A stretch of 46,364 nucleotides of DNA, counting the filler, from Jimgerdemannia flammicorona (lineage: Eukaryota): NCBI GenBank assembly GCA_003990765.1. It is 2 parts of 2 records of this genome, joined end to end, with 100 filler letters (N's around TTAATTAATTAA, not from the genome) between each part and the next. Parts side by side here need not be neighbours in the genome. Positions count along the whole stretch, not along the records: positions 1 to 23,134 come from RBNJ01001154.1; positions 23,235 to 46,364 come from RBNJ01001155.1. One strand, given 5' to 3'. The stretch's first letter is position 1, and each line of letters begins with the position of its first letter. A program made the translations under genes and the position numbers. This document shows, one piece after another, positions 12,154 through 23,933 of the stretch. The notes under the pieces are model-generated. The model was given only the letters and a program-made list of their open reading frames with translations, did not search any database and was not told where the DNA came from.

Positions 12154-13717
12154 TATCACATAGTGGTCACTGAGTCCTTCAAATATGTCAGATTCTCTTC
12201 AAGGTATATCTCTTAGACTAACTCAAGTTTATTATAAGTAAGTTCTTATTGGAGTGCCTTCCTAAGATTTTATAGTCCTTAAACTTCTTATCTTTAAACT
12301 GTCTTGTTATCTCTTTAGATTGCTTGTAAGGAATTATATATAAGTGAACTTGACTGACTTTATTTTGAAGGAAATAAGAGAGATATTTATATAAAATATA
12401 ATTCAATGATTGCTAAGATATAAAGCTAAATATAAATTCCAATAATTAAATAAAATACTAGAATACAGAAAACTACAGTTGTCAGTACAGATTCCAGTAT
12501 TGGTACAGATAGTTATACAGATTTAGGATGCTGGTATAATTTTAGTAATATAGGAAAAGAGTGCTAGAAAAATTCTAAGTCACATAAGATCAGAATGCCA
12601 GTAAAGGAATAACTGTTATACAGGAAAAGAATGTCAGCATAATTTAGTATAACCAAGAGACTTAGAGCAGAAATTCAAGACTATGGAGGCTTTATTTTCA
12701 TCAGAGGTCAGAATGTCTTTAAAAGAGATGAGATTAGTTTCATTACATATTTCATATATATATATCACATAAGATGATATTATTGCCAATGACATCATCA
12801 TATTTGGCAGTGGGGAAATCAGGGGCTCTCTAATCTATGAGGTTCTCTTCCACAAAATAGAGAACAAATGTGGGGTCTTGGAGAGGTCTGACCTGGATGC
12901 TGGGCCTTGGAATGCAGAGTTCAATCCTTGCAGGAATTGTTCTGGGTTGTTCTGGAGGATGGAATACTAGAACTCTTCTACCTTATTACTATTAATAGTA
13001 ATAGTGGACTGGGCTTCTATTGCCACTCTGACTTCTAGTACATTAATATGGTAGGCTGACAGATCTCTGAAGTCTGTGACTCTAGTATACTCTAAGTTGA
13101 GGATTGATCATGGTACATGTCTGAAAATCTGATGAATCTTCTTAGCTATTCTTATTTTATATATATCCATGGGAGTGGCATCTTATAGCTCTTGAGGGCT
13201 GGCTTGAGAGAATTCCTGACAGAGGAGGTTTCCTATTTTGTATTCTTGCTATATCTGGAGGCATTCAGTAGCAATAGTAATTCTTATTTCTATCTCACAA
13301 TAGTAGAAGATATAATGGTAAGGGTCACTAGTACCCAGGTAGACACTAGAAGTCCTTGTGGTGCAGGTTCTTATAGCTCTTTGGATATCTTGGAACATCC
13401 TTTCTTTGACTGAGAGGCCTTGGTAGTTCCTTGATCTTGAGGTTTAGTGAGCAGCAGGCATTTCATTTGTGGTAAGTCTTTGAGCTATTTTAGGATTGGT
13501 GGGTCTTGTTGAGTTGCTGCTACTGTGGTTCCTTGATCCTTTTTTTATATTTCTCAAGATGTTTGTATTGTGGTCCCAATGACTTATAGTTGGTCATCAT
13601 TGCTCATCTTATAGCCTGGATAAGTCATGCTGTATGATCCTCTTGTGCTCCAATCTAGTGGCTTATAAGAAAGGCTGTCTCCTATACTGATATCATCATT
13701 CTGAGATCATTATTACA
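12154..13717 (-). repeat. E1 3' LTR
   Basis: TGTAAT start next to the PPT; homologous to 19424-20983. Confidence 0.92.
12662..13461 (-). pseudogene. U3-encoded ORF, copy 2
   Basis: MPAAH*TSRSRN... colinear with the other copies. Confidence 0.7.
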
Positions 13718-14034
13718 TCTTTCTTCTGAATAAGGATCTTCTTAAATATCCTTATTTATTGGTCCAGTCCTGAAATATTTGCTGATCCTATAACCTCTGA
13801 TAGGAGGTCAAAAAGTGGTGTTTATGGGCTAGCATCTTCTCTATGTATTTTGGCATAATAGTGAAGGGTCACTCTCTTCATATAAAGCAAGGGCCTGATT
13901 CTGATTTTGACCAATTAGTTGATGGTTTGAACTTCTCTGGCTTTGAAAGTCTCACAGATAAGTATGTAGTTATTGGTACTATATCTCTTAGAGAATGGTC
14001 CAGACAGATTGTCTGCTAGTCATGGGACATGCTG

Positions 14035-17000
14035 TTATGATTCATAGACTAGAACCTCACAGGTAGTCATCATGTTTTGCTTCTCTTATATAAGTTTATA
14101 GTACTTCTTGAGTCTGTTCCTATGTATAATAGTAGGCAGTATAGTCTCTGAGAGTTTTTTAAGCCAGAAGGTAGTTCTTTTGATATCTTGTACATAGAAG
14201 AGTCCTTTCTATTTGAGCTCCAGTTTTTGTGACCATGAGGCTTCTACTATATTTTGATACAGTAGAACCTTTTATCCAATTTGGATGGGTTCTAGAGTCT
14301 TGTGATTCTTTTCTGCATTCTTTCTCATCAACACTTGTAACTTGATGATGTAATCTTCAGCCTTCTTCCTAATTTGGTATAGTCTCTGGATTTCTGAGTC
14401 AACCCATCTCCAAGTTAGATCTAGATTTGTAGCTGAGGTTCCATCAGAATCTTCTTCTCTGAAGAGTAGTTCTCTTGGGGTAAAGTGTACTCTGTGACCA
14501 TATGTCTCATAAGACAGAGAGAGCAGTTGGGAGGTAGTTATCCCAATTCTTATATGTGTCTGAGATCTTTGCTAAGATATTCTTAAGAGTCTTGTTAGTT
14601 CTCTCTGTCTGTCCATTTTCTTGAGGGTGGTATATGGTGGTCTTGATGTGCTGAATTATATATTTCTGATATATTATCTCATAGAATCCATTGATAAATT
14701 CTGTGCCACAGTTTGTGGTGATTTGCTTTAGTGTCTTATATGTAGCAGCAGATGATTTCTCGATATAGGAAGTCAGTTATAAAGAGGACATTGGCTTCCT
14801 GTAATACTCCTGCTTCTATCTATTTGATAAAGAGGTCTATAATAACTATAATGTAGCAGTTTCCTGATAGTATTACTGATAGTAGTCTAATAATATCTAT
14901 TGTGATATGGTAGAAGGGGATAGGCTCAATTCTTGATGACCTGGATACCTGGTCTTACTAATCTTATTTTTGTTTTTAGCACTTGTCACACTCTTTGACA
15001 AATTGATACAGGTCTTCTTCCATCTTGGGCCACCATATAGTTCTTCTTGTCTTGTTATATATGTTGGTTCCTCCTAGGTATTCTTGTTTGTATACTTTCT
15101 TCATTACTTAATACTTCTTATGTTCAGATATTATAAGCTTTTCTCCTTTTCTGAGTGTGGTATTGTCTAGTTCAAACTGTTTCCAAGTCTGATTGATGAT
15201 GGTGATTATCTAGGGTTCAAGATAGTTGGGTATCTTCTACTACCCAAGGTAGCTGATTAATCTATAGTATAACTCCTTATTCAGGTTGAATAGTCTTGAT
15301 GGGGGTGTTTCAGAGTATCCTTGAGAGTATATCAGTATTGGCATTGGTTTTTTCTGGGTGATACTTGATAGTACAGTCATACTCTTACAGCCTGTAGATC
15401 CATCTGGTATATATTTCTTTGGGATTCAGAGTGTGGAATAGTCAGACAAGAGCAGAATGGTCTGTTTGAATAGTGAAGTGTTTCTCAGCTAGGTAGTAGT
15501 GGAACTTGTCTACTGCCCAAACTACTGCTAAGCATTTGAGCTTGCATAACTTATAGTTCTGTTCTACTCCATGAGTATCTCAGCTTATATAGGAGATGAC
15601 ATATTTATGTCTATCTTTCTTCTAAGCTAGGGCTGCTCCAAGTTCTATAGCACTTGTATCTGTCTACAGGATAAACTCTAGGTTCCAATCTGGTCTTTTG
15701 AGGATAGATGCTTAGATCAACCTAGTCTTGAGTTCATTGAAGGTTTCTTTATATTGCTTAGTCCATTCAAATTTGGTCTCCTTCTTCAGTAGCTCATAGA
15801 TAGGTGCTGCAATGTTAGAGTATCCTTTAATGAATCTTCTATAGTAGGAGGCCAGTTCAAGGAAGGCATGAACTTCTGTAGTTGTTCCGGGTCTTAGATA
15901 GGATACAATAGCCTCAATCTTCATAGAGTCTGTGTAGATTCCAGTCTGGTTAATGAGGTGTCCTAGGTAGGTGATTTTCTGAGCTGCAAACTTGCACTTC
16001 TTGGGCTTAATATAGAGGCTATACTCTTTGAGCTTCTTGAGGACTAGCTGTATATAGTTGACATATTTCTGTACAGTATTGCTGAAGATGATCATATCAT
16101 CAACATAGACAAAGAGCCATTTTCTGATCACATTGCTAAAGACTCTATTCATCATTAACTGAAAACTTGCTGGGGCATTGCACATTCCAAATGGCATTTG
16201 CAGGTAGATATAGGTGGCATCAGGTGTGATGAAGGCTGATTTCTCACCAACATCTTGAGTGAGACCAATCTGATGGAAGCCTGAGAACAGATCCAAGGTG
16301 GTATAGTATTTGGCTTTACTTTTAAGAGTGGTAAGGATTTCTTGAATATTTGGCAAGAGCTGTCTATCCTTCTTGGTGATTGCATTGAGCTTCCTTTAGT
16401 CAATGCAGAGTCTTGGAGCAAACTCTCCAGACTTGCTTTCTTTCTTTAGGGCAAAGACAATGAGTGAAGCCCAGAGACTGATAGCTTGCTTGATGATTCC
16501 AGCTTCTTCCATTTCCTTGAGTTCTGCTTGCAGTTATTCTCTATAGACAAGTGGTATAGATCTGGCTTTCTAGTAGATAGGCTTGATATCACTGGTGTCA
16601 ACTTCATAGTAGTACTTGAGTTCTTGATTATAGATATCTCTGAAGTCTGTAGCAAGTACTTCTTTATTCTGATGCAGGATCTTGAGAAGTTATTCTTCCA
16701 GGAGAAAGTTTTCTCCAATGGTATATGTGTGCTTGTTCTGGTCCTTATCTTTCTTGTACTCAAGTTTGGTAATCTTGATGGCAGTATAGGCTCCTCTTCT
16801 AGTAGATCCAAAGCCTTGTTCTCCTCTCTTGATCTTGATGAGTTCAATGGCTTCAGTGAACTTGGGCTTCTTGATTTTATAGATCAGCATCTGGCCAATC
16901 CTGTCATACTTCTTGACTTCAAATGGGGTAGTGGGGTTGTGATTCCTGACTATGAGGAAGATCTTGCCAGTGTAATCAGGGTCAATTACTCCTCCTTTAA

Positions 17001-19303
17001 CTGAGATTTCACTTTTGGCCAGATTACTCCTGTCTTGATAATTCTGATATAGTTCTCTAACAACTTGACTCCAATTCCAGTGCCAAGTAGAGTAGTGGTC
17101 TGTGGTTTGAGGGTAGCATCTTGAATGTTGGCAAGGTCTATTCTTATGGCTCCTTCAGTCTTGTATTCTGAGATCTTGGTTTTGAGGTGAAACTTCTTGA
17201 CCTTGAGGGTGATGTCTGGTTTTTGTTTCTCCTTATCATTACTGTCAGCTTGAAGCTCTGGGGGCTGGTCATCTTCTTTGGCTTTCCTTTTTGCTTCAAC
17301 AGCTTCTTGCTCATGCTTCTGTTGGTGGATTTTCCTGACTTCACTGATATAGGACCAGCAGTCATTCAGGTGTTCAGAGCAGTACATCCTAGTACTATGG
17401 AAGCATCTTTCTTGAGGGGTATAGCCATCAATGATCTTATTGTACCACTGCTCATCTGTGAGCTTGGGTGTCTTATTCTTATTCTTGTTCACTGAGTGTA
17501 TGAAGACTTCTGTGTCCTCTTCATCTCCTTCCTCTATATCTGATAGAACTCCTTTGTAGACATTGATAGAGAGTTATATCTTTCTTCCTCTATAGTTGAT
17601 CTGCATCTTCTGGACATTGAGATCAATAATGGCCTTGGCCTTATGAAGCTATTGATTGCCAATGAGGATGTCATAGTTGGTGGCACTTGTAACAATCATA
17701 TCTACTGGAATGGTAGCTCCTCCTATCTTGATAGAGACTTCTTGGATTTTGCTAAGAGGGGTAGCTCATGTACCATCTGCTGTGACATAGACCATCTTGG
17801 TGGACTCTTCAATGTCTCAACCTAGGCAGTCAATTGTCCTTTTACTCATGAAACATCCTCCAGCATCAGTATCAATGATGGTATCAAAGATACAATCTTC
17901 AATCTGATATGGGGTATAGGCTGATGTTTTGTACTGATCTTCAGATTCTTTGTCTAAGTCTTCTTGATTATCTTCTTGTGCATTGTGAGCTTCTATGATC
18001 TTGTATTCTTGGTTCTTGACAGTGGTTGCAAGTTCTACTCTCAACTGCTGTCTGAAGGCAGGGACTTTGGCTAGCTATCCAAAAGTAGCATTGACCTTCT
18101 GTTTCTTAAGATCTTTGTAAATATCATACTGGTAGATCTTGGTCTTATATAGCTTCTGTTTCTTCTTGCTTTCACTTTCTCCTAAGACTAGAGTAGTACC
18201 TTCAATGATTTGGTGAGCAGCTTCATCTAACTCTATATCTTGATCAATCTTCTTAGGTTGGATCTTACTTTGAATAGTGATAGCTGGGGTCTTCTTTGGT
18301 CTTCCAACTGGCTTACTGTTGCTCTTCTTGTCATAGAGCTTAGACTGGGTTCTGGTACCTTCAGTAGCAGGGTAGAATTCAAGCTCTTCATAGTATTCTT
18401 TATCATCAGTATCACCAATCTCCTCAATAACTACTGTATTGGTTTGTTCTCTAGTTCTGGTAATATTACTTGGTTGGGCTTTGTGTCTTGTTTTGGTCAT
18501 ACAACTCTTTGCATAGTGGCCTTCTTCTCTACATCTGAAACATGTAATATTGCATTCTTCTGTAGTAGCTGCAAATCTCTATACTGGTCTCCTGTTAGTG
18601 CTTTGGACTTCTCTAACAACATCACTAAGATATGTAGTCATCTTGGCAAACTGTTTGGTAAGTTCCTCCACTGGGTCAGCTTTGGCTATCTTGGGGGTAG
18701 GTGGGGATGGTTGTCTGTTTACAACTATAGTGGGTATGATACTGATTGGCTTTATAGCTCTATCTTGATGCTAGTTATTTTCTCTATTGAGTATTCAGCA
18801 GAGTGTCTGGCAGTCTAATATCTCTGTGCAAAGACCACTTTCTGATCAAGAGTCAATACAGCTGGGATAGATCAGATTGCTAGAGCAATTTCTGAGTGAA
18901 CTCCTTTAAGAAAGGTTGAATCTACTATTTGTTCCTTGAGGTGGTTATCATAGCCAGCCAAGACAATCTGGTGGCAGATTCAGATATAGAATAAGTTGGA
19001 ATCTTTACTGAGTCTCTGGCAGATAGTATTGAGTTGATCCTTGAGAGCTTGCTTGATCTCTTCAGTATAGTATGTAGTTCTGAGAAAGGTCTTCATGTTG
19101 GAAAGTCTGGCTATACCAGTATCAGCAATAGTGGCTGTATTGAACTTATCTCTGACAGGTCCTCTGAGACTGACTAGTAGAAGAGCCAATTGTGCATCCA
19201 TATTGAGGGCTCATATAGTGGCAAATTATTCAAAGTCTTCAATGAAGGTCAGAATTGACTCTTCAGTAGTATATCTATAGAATGTGAGGAGACATATTTC
19301 CAT
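14035..19303 (-). pseudogene. E1 gag-pol with many stops
   Basis: CCHC knuckle CFRCREEGHYAKSC ~18505-18545; protease IIDTDAG ~17870; RT LDLFSGFHQI/MPFG/YVDD in 15712-16356; RNase H TDHSAL ~15455; integrase core and GNRLKKY-like tail 14035-15150. Confidence 0.93.
16795..17205 (-). pseudogene. dUTPase domain within E1 pol
   Basis: EYKTEGAIRIDL, GTGIGV, GVIDPDYTGKI, DRIGQML, KRGEQGFGST (trimeric dUTPase motifs). Confidence 0.9.
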
Positions 19304-19423
19304 CTTGTCTTGAATTCTTACAGGAGTAACTCTTGTAGTCAGAGTAGTTGTTGTGGTAGTTGTTTGTTTTTTAGCTTGAAAGTGAGGGATTCATCTTGAA
19401 TCACTAGCCAATGAGTACCAAGT

Positions 19424-20983
19424 TGTTATGTAGTGATTACTGAGTCCTTTAAATATATCAGATTCTCTTCAAGATATATCTCTTAGACTAACTCAAGTTT
19501 GTTATAAGTTTTTATGGAGTATCTTCCTAAGGTCTTATAGTCCTCAAACTTCTTATTTTTAAATTGTCTTGTTATATCTTTAGATTGCTTATAAGGAATT
19601 ATATATAAGTGAACTTGACTGACTTTATTTTGAAAGAAATAAGAGGGGTATTTATACAAAATATAATTTAATAGTTGCTAAGATATAAAGCTAAATATAA
19701 ATTCCAATAACTAAATAAAATACTGGAACACAGAAAACTACAGTTGTCAGTACAGATTCCAGTATTGGTACAGATGGTTGTACAGGTTCAGGATGCTGGT
19801 ATAATTTTGATGATACAGAAAAAGAGTGCTGGAATAATTCTGAGTCATACAAGATCAGAATACTAGTGAAGGAACAGCTGTTATATAGGAAAAGAATACT
19901 AGTATAATTCAGTGTAACTAAGAAACTTAGAGTAGAATATTCAAGACCATGGAGGCTTTATCTTCATCAGAGATCAGGATGTCTTCAAAGGAGATGAGAT
20001 TAGTTTTGTTATATATTTCACATATATCACATGGGATGATATCATCATTAATAATATTATCATATTTGGTAGTAGGGAAATCAGAGGCTCTCCAATCTAT
20101 GAAGTTCTCTTCTACAAAATAGAGAACAAATGTGGGGTCTTGGAAAGGTCTGACCTAGATGCTAGGGCCTTAAAATGTGGAGATCAATCCTTGCAGAAAT
20201 TGATCTGGGTTGTCCTGAAAGATGGGATACTGGAACTCTTCTATCTCATCACTATCAAGGGTAATAGTAGACTGGGCTTCTGTTACTACTCTGGCTTCTA
20301 GTGCATTGATACAGTGAGCTGACAGATCTCTGAAGTCTGTAACTCTAGTATACTCTAAGTTGGGGATCAATCATAGTGTATGCCTGAAGATCTGATAAAT
20401 CTTCTTAGCTATTCTTATTTTATGTATATCTATGGGAGTGACATCTTGTAGCTCTTGAGGGCTGGCTTGAGAGAATTCCCAGTAGAGGAGGTTTTCTATT
20501 TTGTATTCTTACCACATTTGGAGGTATTTAGTAGTAATAGTAATTCTTGTTTCCATCTTATAGTAGTAGAGAATATAATAATAAAGATCACCAGTACCCA
20601 GGTTGACACTAGGAGTTCTTGTGGTATAGGTCCTTATGGCTCTTCAGATGTCTTGGAACATTCTTTCTTTAACTAGAGACCTTAGTGATTCCTTGACCTT
20701 GAGGTTTAGTAAGTAGCAGACATTTTATTTATGATAAGTCTTTGAGCTATTTTGGGATTGGTGAGTCTTGTTGAGTTGCTACTACTGTGGTTTCTTGATC
20801 CTTCTTTTATATTCCTCAAGATGTTTGTATGTATTATGGTCCCAATAACTCATAGTTGGTCATCATTGCTCATCTTATATTCTGAGTGAGTTATGCTATA
20901 TGATTTTCTTGTGCTCCAATCTGGTAACTTATAAGGAAGACTATCTCCTATACTGATATCATCATTCTGAGATCATCATTACA
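19424..20983 (-). repeat. E1 5' LTR
   Basis: TG...CA termini; followed by the PBS-like sequence. Confidence 0.92.
19927..20723 (-). pseudogene. U3-encoded ORF, copy 3
   Basis: Contains IPNLEYTRVTDFRDLSAHCINALEARV (track 20170..20370). Confidence 0.7.
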
Positions 20984-20987
20984 TTAT

Positions 20988-21410
20988 ATATATATAATAT
21001 GTTTTGATTACATGACCAATATCTTTTTCTGATCATTTCTATATCAGGTTTTTAATGGTCTATTATATGTGTAGATTGATGAGACTTGATTCAGACTACT
21101 ATTTGGATTGAGTTAAGATCTAGATCTTATAAATACTATTTCAATTCCAGAATTCTGAGGTTAGATTTGTATTTCTTATAACCAAATCTTATTTATCAAT
21201 TTGAATAAAGACCATCACATATTGTGATACTGTTGGTGGGTTGCAGATCAATTGTACCTTGCTTTAGAAAATACTTTATTCCATCTTCTTACTCCATTAT
21301 AAAATTTATATAAGCTTAATTACTTTCTGCTTGACTTTTACTACTGACCTTCATATCTGTTATATCAGCATCATATCTTGATATAATATTTTTCTCTATT
21401 ATCTATACAT

Positions 21411-21443
<33 letters not shown>
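20988..21443 (+). repeat. Downstream direct repeat of the PLE leader, part 2, ending in (AAT)n
   Basis: Matches 6659-7090, stops just before the ORF start, then ~10 AAT units. Confidence 0.8.
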
Positions 21444-21447
<4 letters not shown>

Positions 21448-22801
21448 GATATCTACTATCAATCCTTCTTATCTTATCAGCTACTCCTCTAAATTCAAAT
21501 ATCTTCCTTTCTCAAAAACAAACAGCCAGTGTCCAGCTAGCCCCACCTATATAGCTATAACCTAACTCAAAGTAAGCTACTTATTTCTAACCCCTCTCAC
21601 CAATCTATCTCTCAGATCCTCCCATTGACTTCTCTCATCATCCTCTCTCCTCACAACACCCAATCTATCTCCAACTATCAACTAAAAGTCTCCAAACACC
21701 TCACACTCTCTCAGCATTTTGAGGGGGTTCTGTGTATAAGTTCTTTACTTACTCACTCTGAATCTATTCTGTCTTCTGTTAGCTAGTTGGGGGGTTTTTC
21801 TTTGCCTCAGACCTTTGTTTGGAGTTCAGAGAGCTATTCCTTATTCAGTCCTAGTATTGCTAGATCTGATATATAAGTGTGCTCTCATGTATAGTTATGA
21901 TGATCTAGCCTTAGTGAATAGATAAGTCTAGTCTATATAGTGAGAGTTAGTATATCTAATATATATAGTAGAAATAGTGAGACTGCAGGACAATTCAGTA
22001 GCCTAGATTAATAGGAGAGTAATGTCTGATAGGTAGTAGGGGAGAGTTTTGGCCTATATAGTCTAGATTCTCTTCCAATAAAATCTACAGAACTCTGAGT
22101 CCATAAAATAAAAAAAATAAAGTACTGCACTAAAACAGAAATACTCCCGATATAGCTAAAGGTACTAGAAATTATGAAAAAGTAGAGAAGACATCAATCT
22201 GATACCAATAAAGGAGCAACTTATCACTATTACCTCTCTCTCACTATCTTGCAATAGGTACAGCAAACCAACCTGAGGTAGAAAAGATATAAGTTGTAGA
22301 AAGTAGACTTAGAAGGTTGTCTACCAAACTTTATGACCAGGAAGATAGTGGAGAAAGGTTTTTGTTATAATTTTTATTTATAATAGATATATAATTTGAG
22401 ATACTTTATAGCTCTAAGCTATAACTAATTTATTTTTTTCTTGAGAATTAGATAGAATAACAAGAATAAGATGAGACAAATATGAGATATTTAAATAAGA
22501 CAAGATGAATTAATGAGATAAGAAGACTAATAATTAAAATAGAAGAAATAAGACTTAAGATAAAATAGAATAAAATAAAATAGATAAATAAATAAAATAA
22601 ACAATTAAGATAAAATAAAATAATCAAGATAATTGAGATAGGATAAACTATAATTAAAATAAGATAAATAAATAATAATAATTGAGATGAGATAAGATAA
22701 ATAATAATTAAAATAATATATAATAGATACTGATTTAGAAAATAATTAAAATAAGATAAATAACTGAGATAAACTAAAAAGAATAAATAATAACTATATA
22801 T

Positions 22802-23134
22802 TGTGATGGTACAGCCGAATTTGGAAAAAGGAAATAGGGAATAGACACTTGATCGCACCCATTCCCAAAGTAGTATAGCCTTATAGTTAGCAGTCCTCGA
22901 TTTCGACATTGTCTAATTTCTTAGACATTGTCTAAATTTTAGACATTATCCAAATCGAATACCCCGATTTAGCATAGCATTTAGACATTGTCTAAATGTT
23001 TCAACAAAGTCCAAATGACTCATTTATTATTACTTAGCCACCCTCTCATAGCTAGCAAACTTGTATAAATAACCCAGTATCTTCGAGTGAATAAACCTCA
23101 GATCGAAATAGTTCAAAGCAAAGAGATAGCAAAG
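22802..23134 (+). mobile_element. Younger LTR-like fragment truncated by the gap
   Basis: TGT start at an abrupt composition change; CpGs retained; repeated ttagacattgtctaa; TATAAATAACCC at ~23064 followed by AATAAA. Confidence 0.5.
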
Positions 23135-23234
23135 NNNNNNNNNNNNNNNNNNNNNNNNNNNNNNNNNNNNNNNNNNNNTTAATTAATTAANNNNNNNNNN
23201 NNNNNNNNNNNNNNNNNNNNNNNNNNNNNNNNNN
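23135..23234. other. Assembly gap with artificial six-frame-stop linker
   Basis: 44 N + TTAATTAATTAA + 44 N. Confidence 0.95.
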
Positions 23235-23933
23235 AAAAAAAAAAAAAAAAACACCATTACCATTATCATCTCTCTCCGAATACCCAAACCCAGGCACTTA
23301 AAAATAAACCACAAGCAATTGTACCTTCCTCAACTCCCACGTTACTTTCTTCGATCCTCGTAGCTTCGACCCATTTCTTTCACAACGCCTTCCGCCCTGT
23401 CCTATTGTCCGCAACTCGCACGATAGCGTGGTACACCACAGCCAAACAGACACTGGCCACAACTATCACACACCCAATTATACGACACAAGCGCCACATT
23501 TTATTCAACCCGGGCCAGTGGAACAAGATCGCGGGCAGACACTAAATCAAGGGGGATGAAATGAAACGCGAATGTAAGAGGAGATCAAGGAGGCGGATGG
23601 AAAGGCTACCTTCGGGCTACGAAATCTCTGGGGGGAGGGGGATGGAAGGGTATACGCTGTGCAAAAGATTTTTGGGATTAAGAAGGGCCATAAGTATTGC
23701 TAGGATAATGTGGTAATCGTGTGAGGGAGTGTTTGTGCGTGCATGAGTGATATATACATGAACAAGCAGGATAATCAGGCCGAAACGAATAATGTTATAC
23801 GGAAAACGGAAAAAGGAGGCGAGCGAGAAAGGAATATGTAACAAATTCCTTCAATACAACTGCAATTTTAACAAGAAGCAATCCCCTCCCCCCCGATTCA
23901 CAGCCCGGTCGACATTGTTCTAACATCCTGTAC

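Larger units (their letters stand above)
12154..20983 (-). mobile_element. Full-length Ty3/Gypsy LTR retrotransposon E1 with dUTPase, 4-bp TSD TTAT
   Basis: LTRs 19424-20983 and 12154-13717; TTAT at 12150-12153 and 20984-20987; PBS-like TGGTACTC 3 nt inside the 5' LTR; PPT AGAAGAAAGA at 13718-13727; domain order gag-PR-dUTPase-RT-RH-IN. Confidence 0.95.

Noticed and set aside
16486..18818. Plus-strand ORFs of 102-192 aa (mirrored at 35971-37629)
   Set aside because: Antisense shadows of gag-pol.
19400..19420. Assigning the PBS to a specific tRNA
   Set aside because: The two copies differ by transitions and I cannot check against host tRNAs.
22448..22909. 153-aa hydrophobic ORF
   Set aside because: Low-complexity AT-rich DNA giving Ile/Leu/Tyr/Phe codons by chance.
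23179..23190. TTAATTAATTAA palindrome inside Ns
   Set aside because: Scaffolding linker, not biological; adjacency across the gap is unverified.
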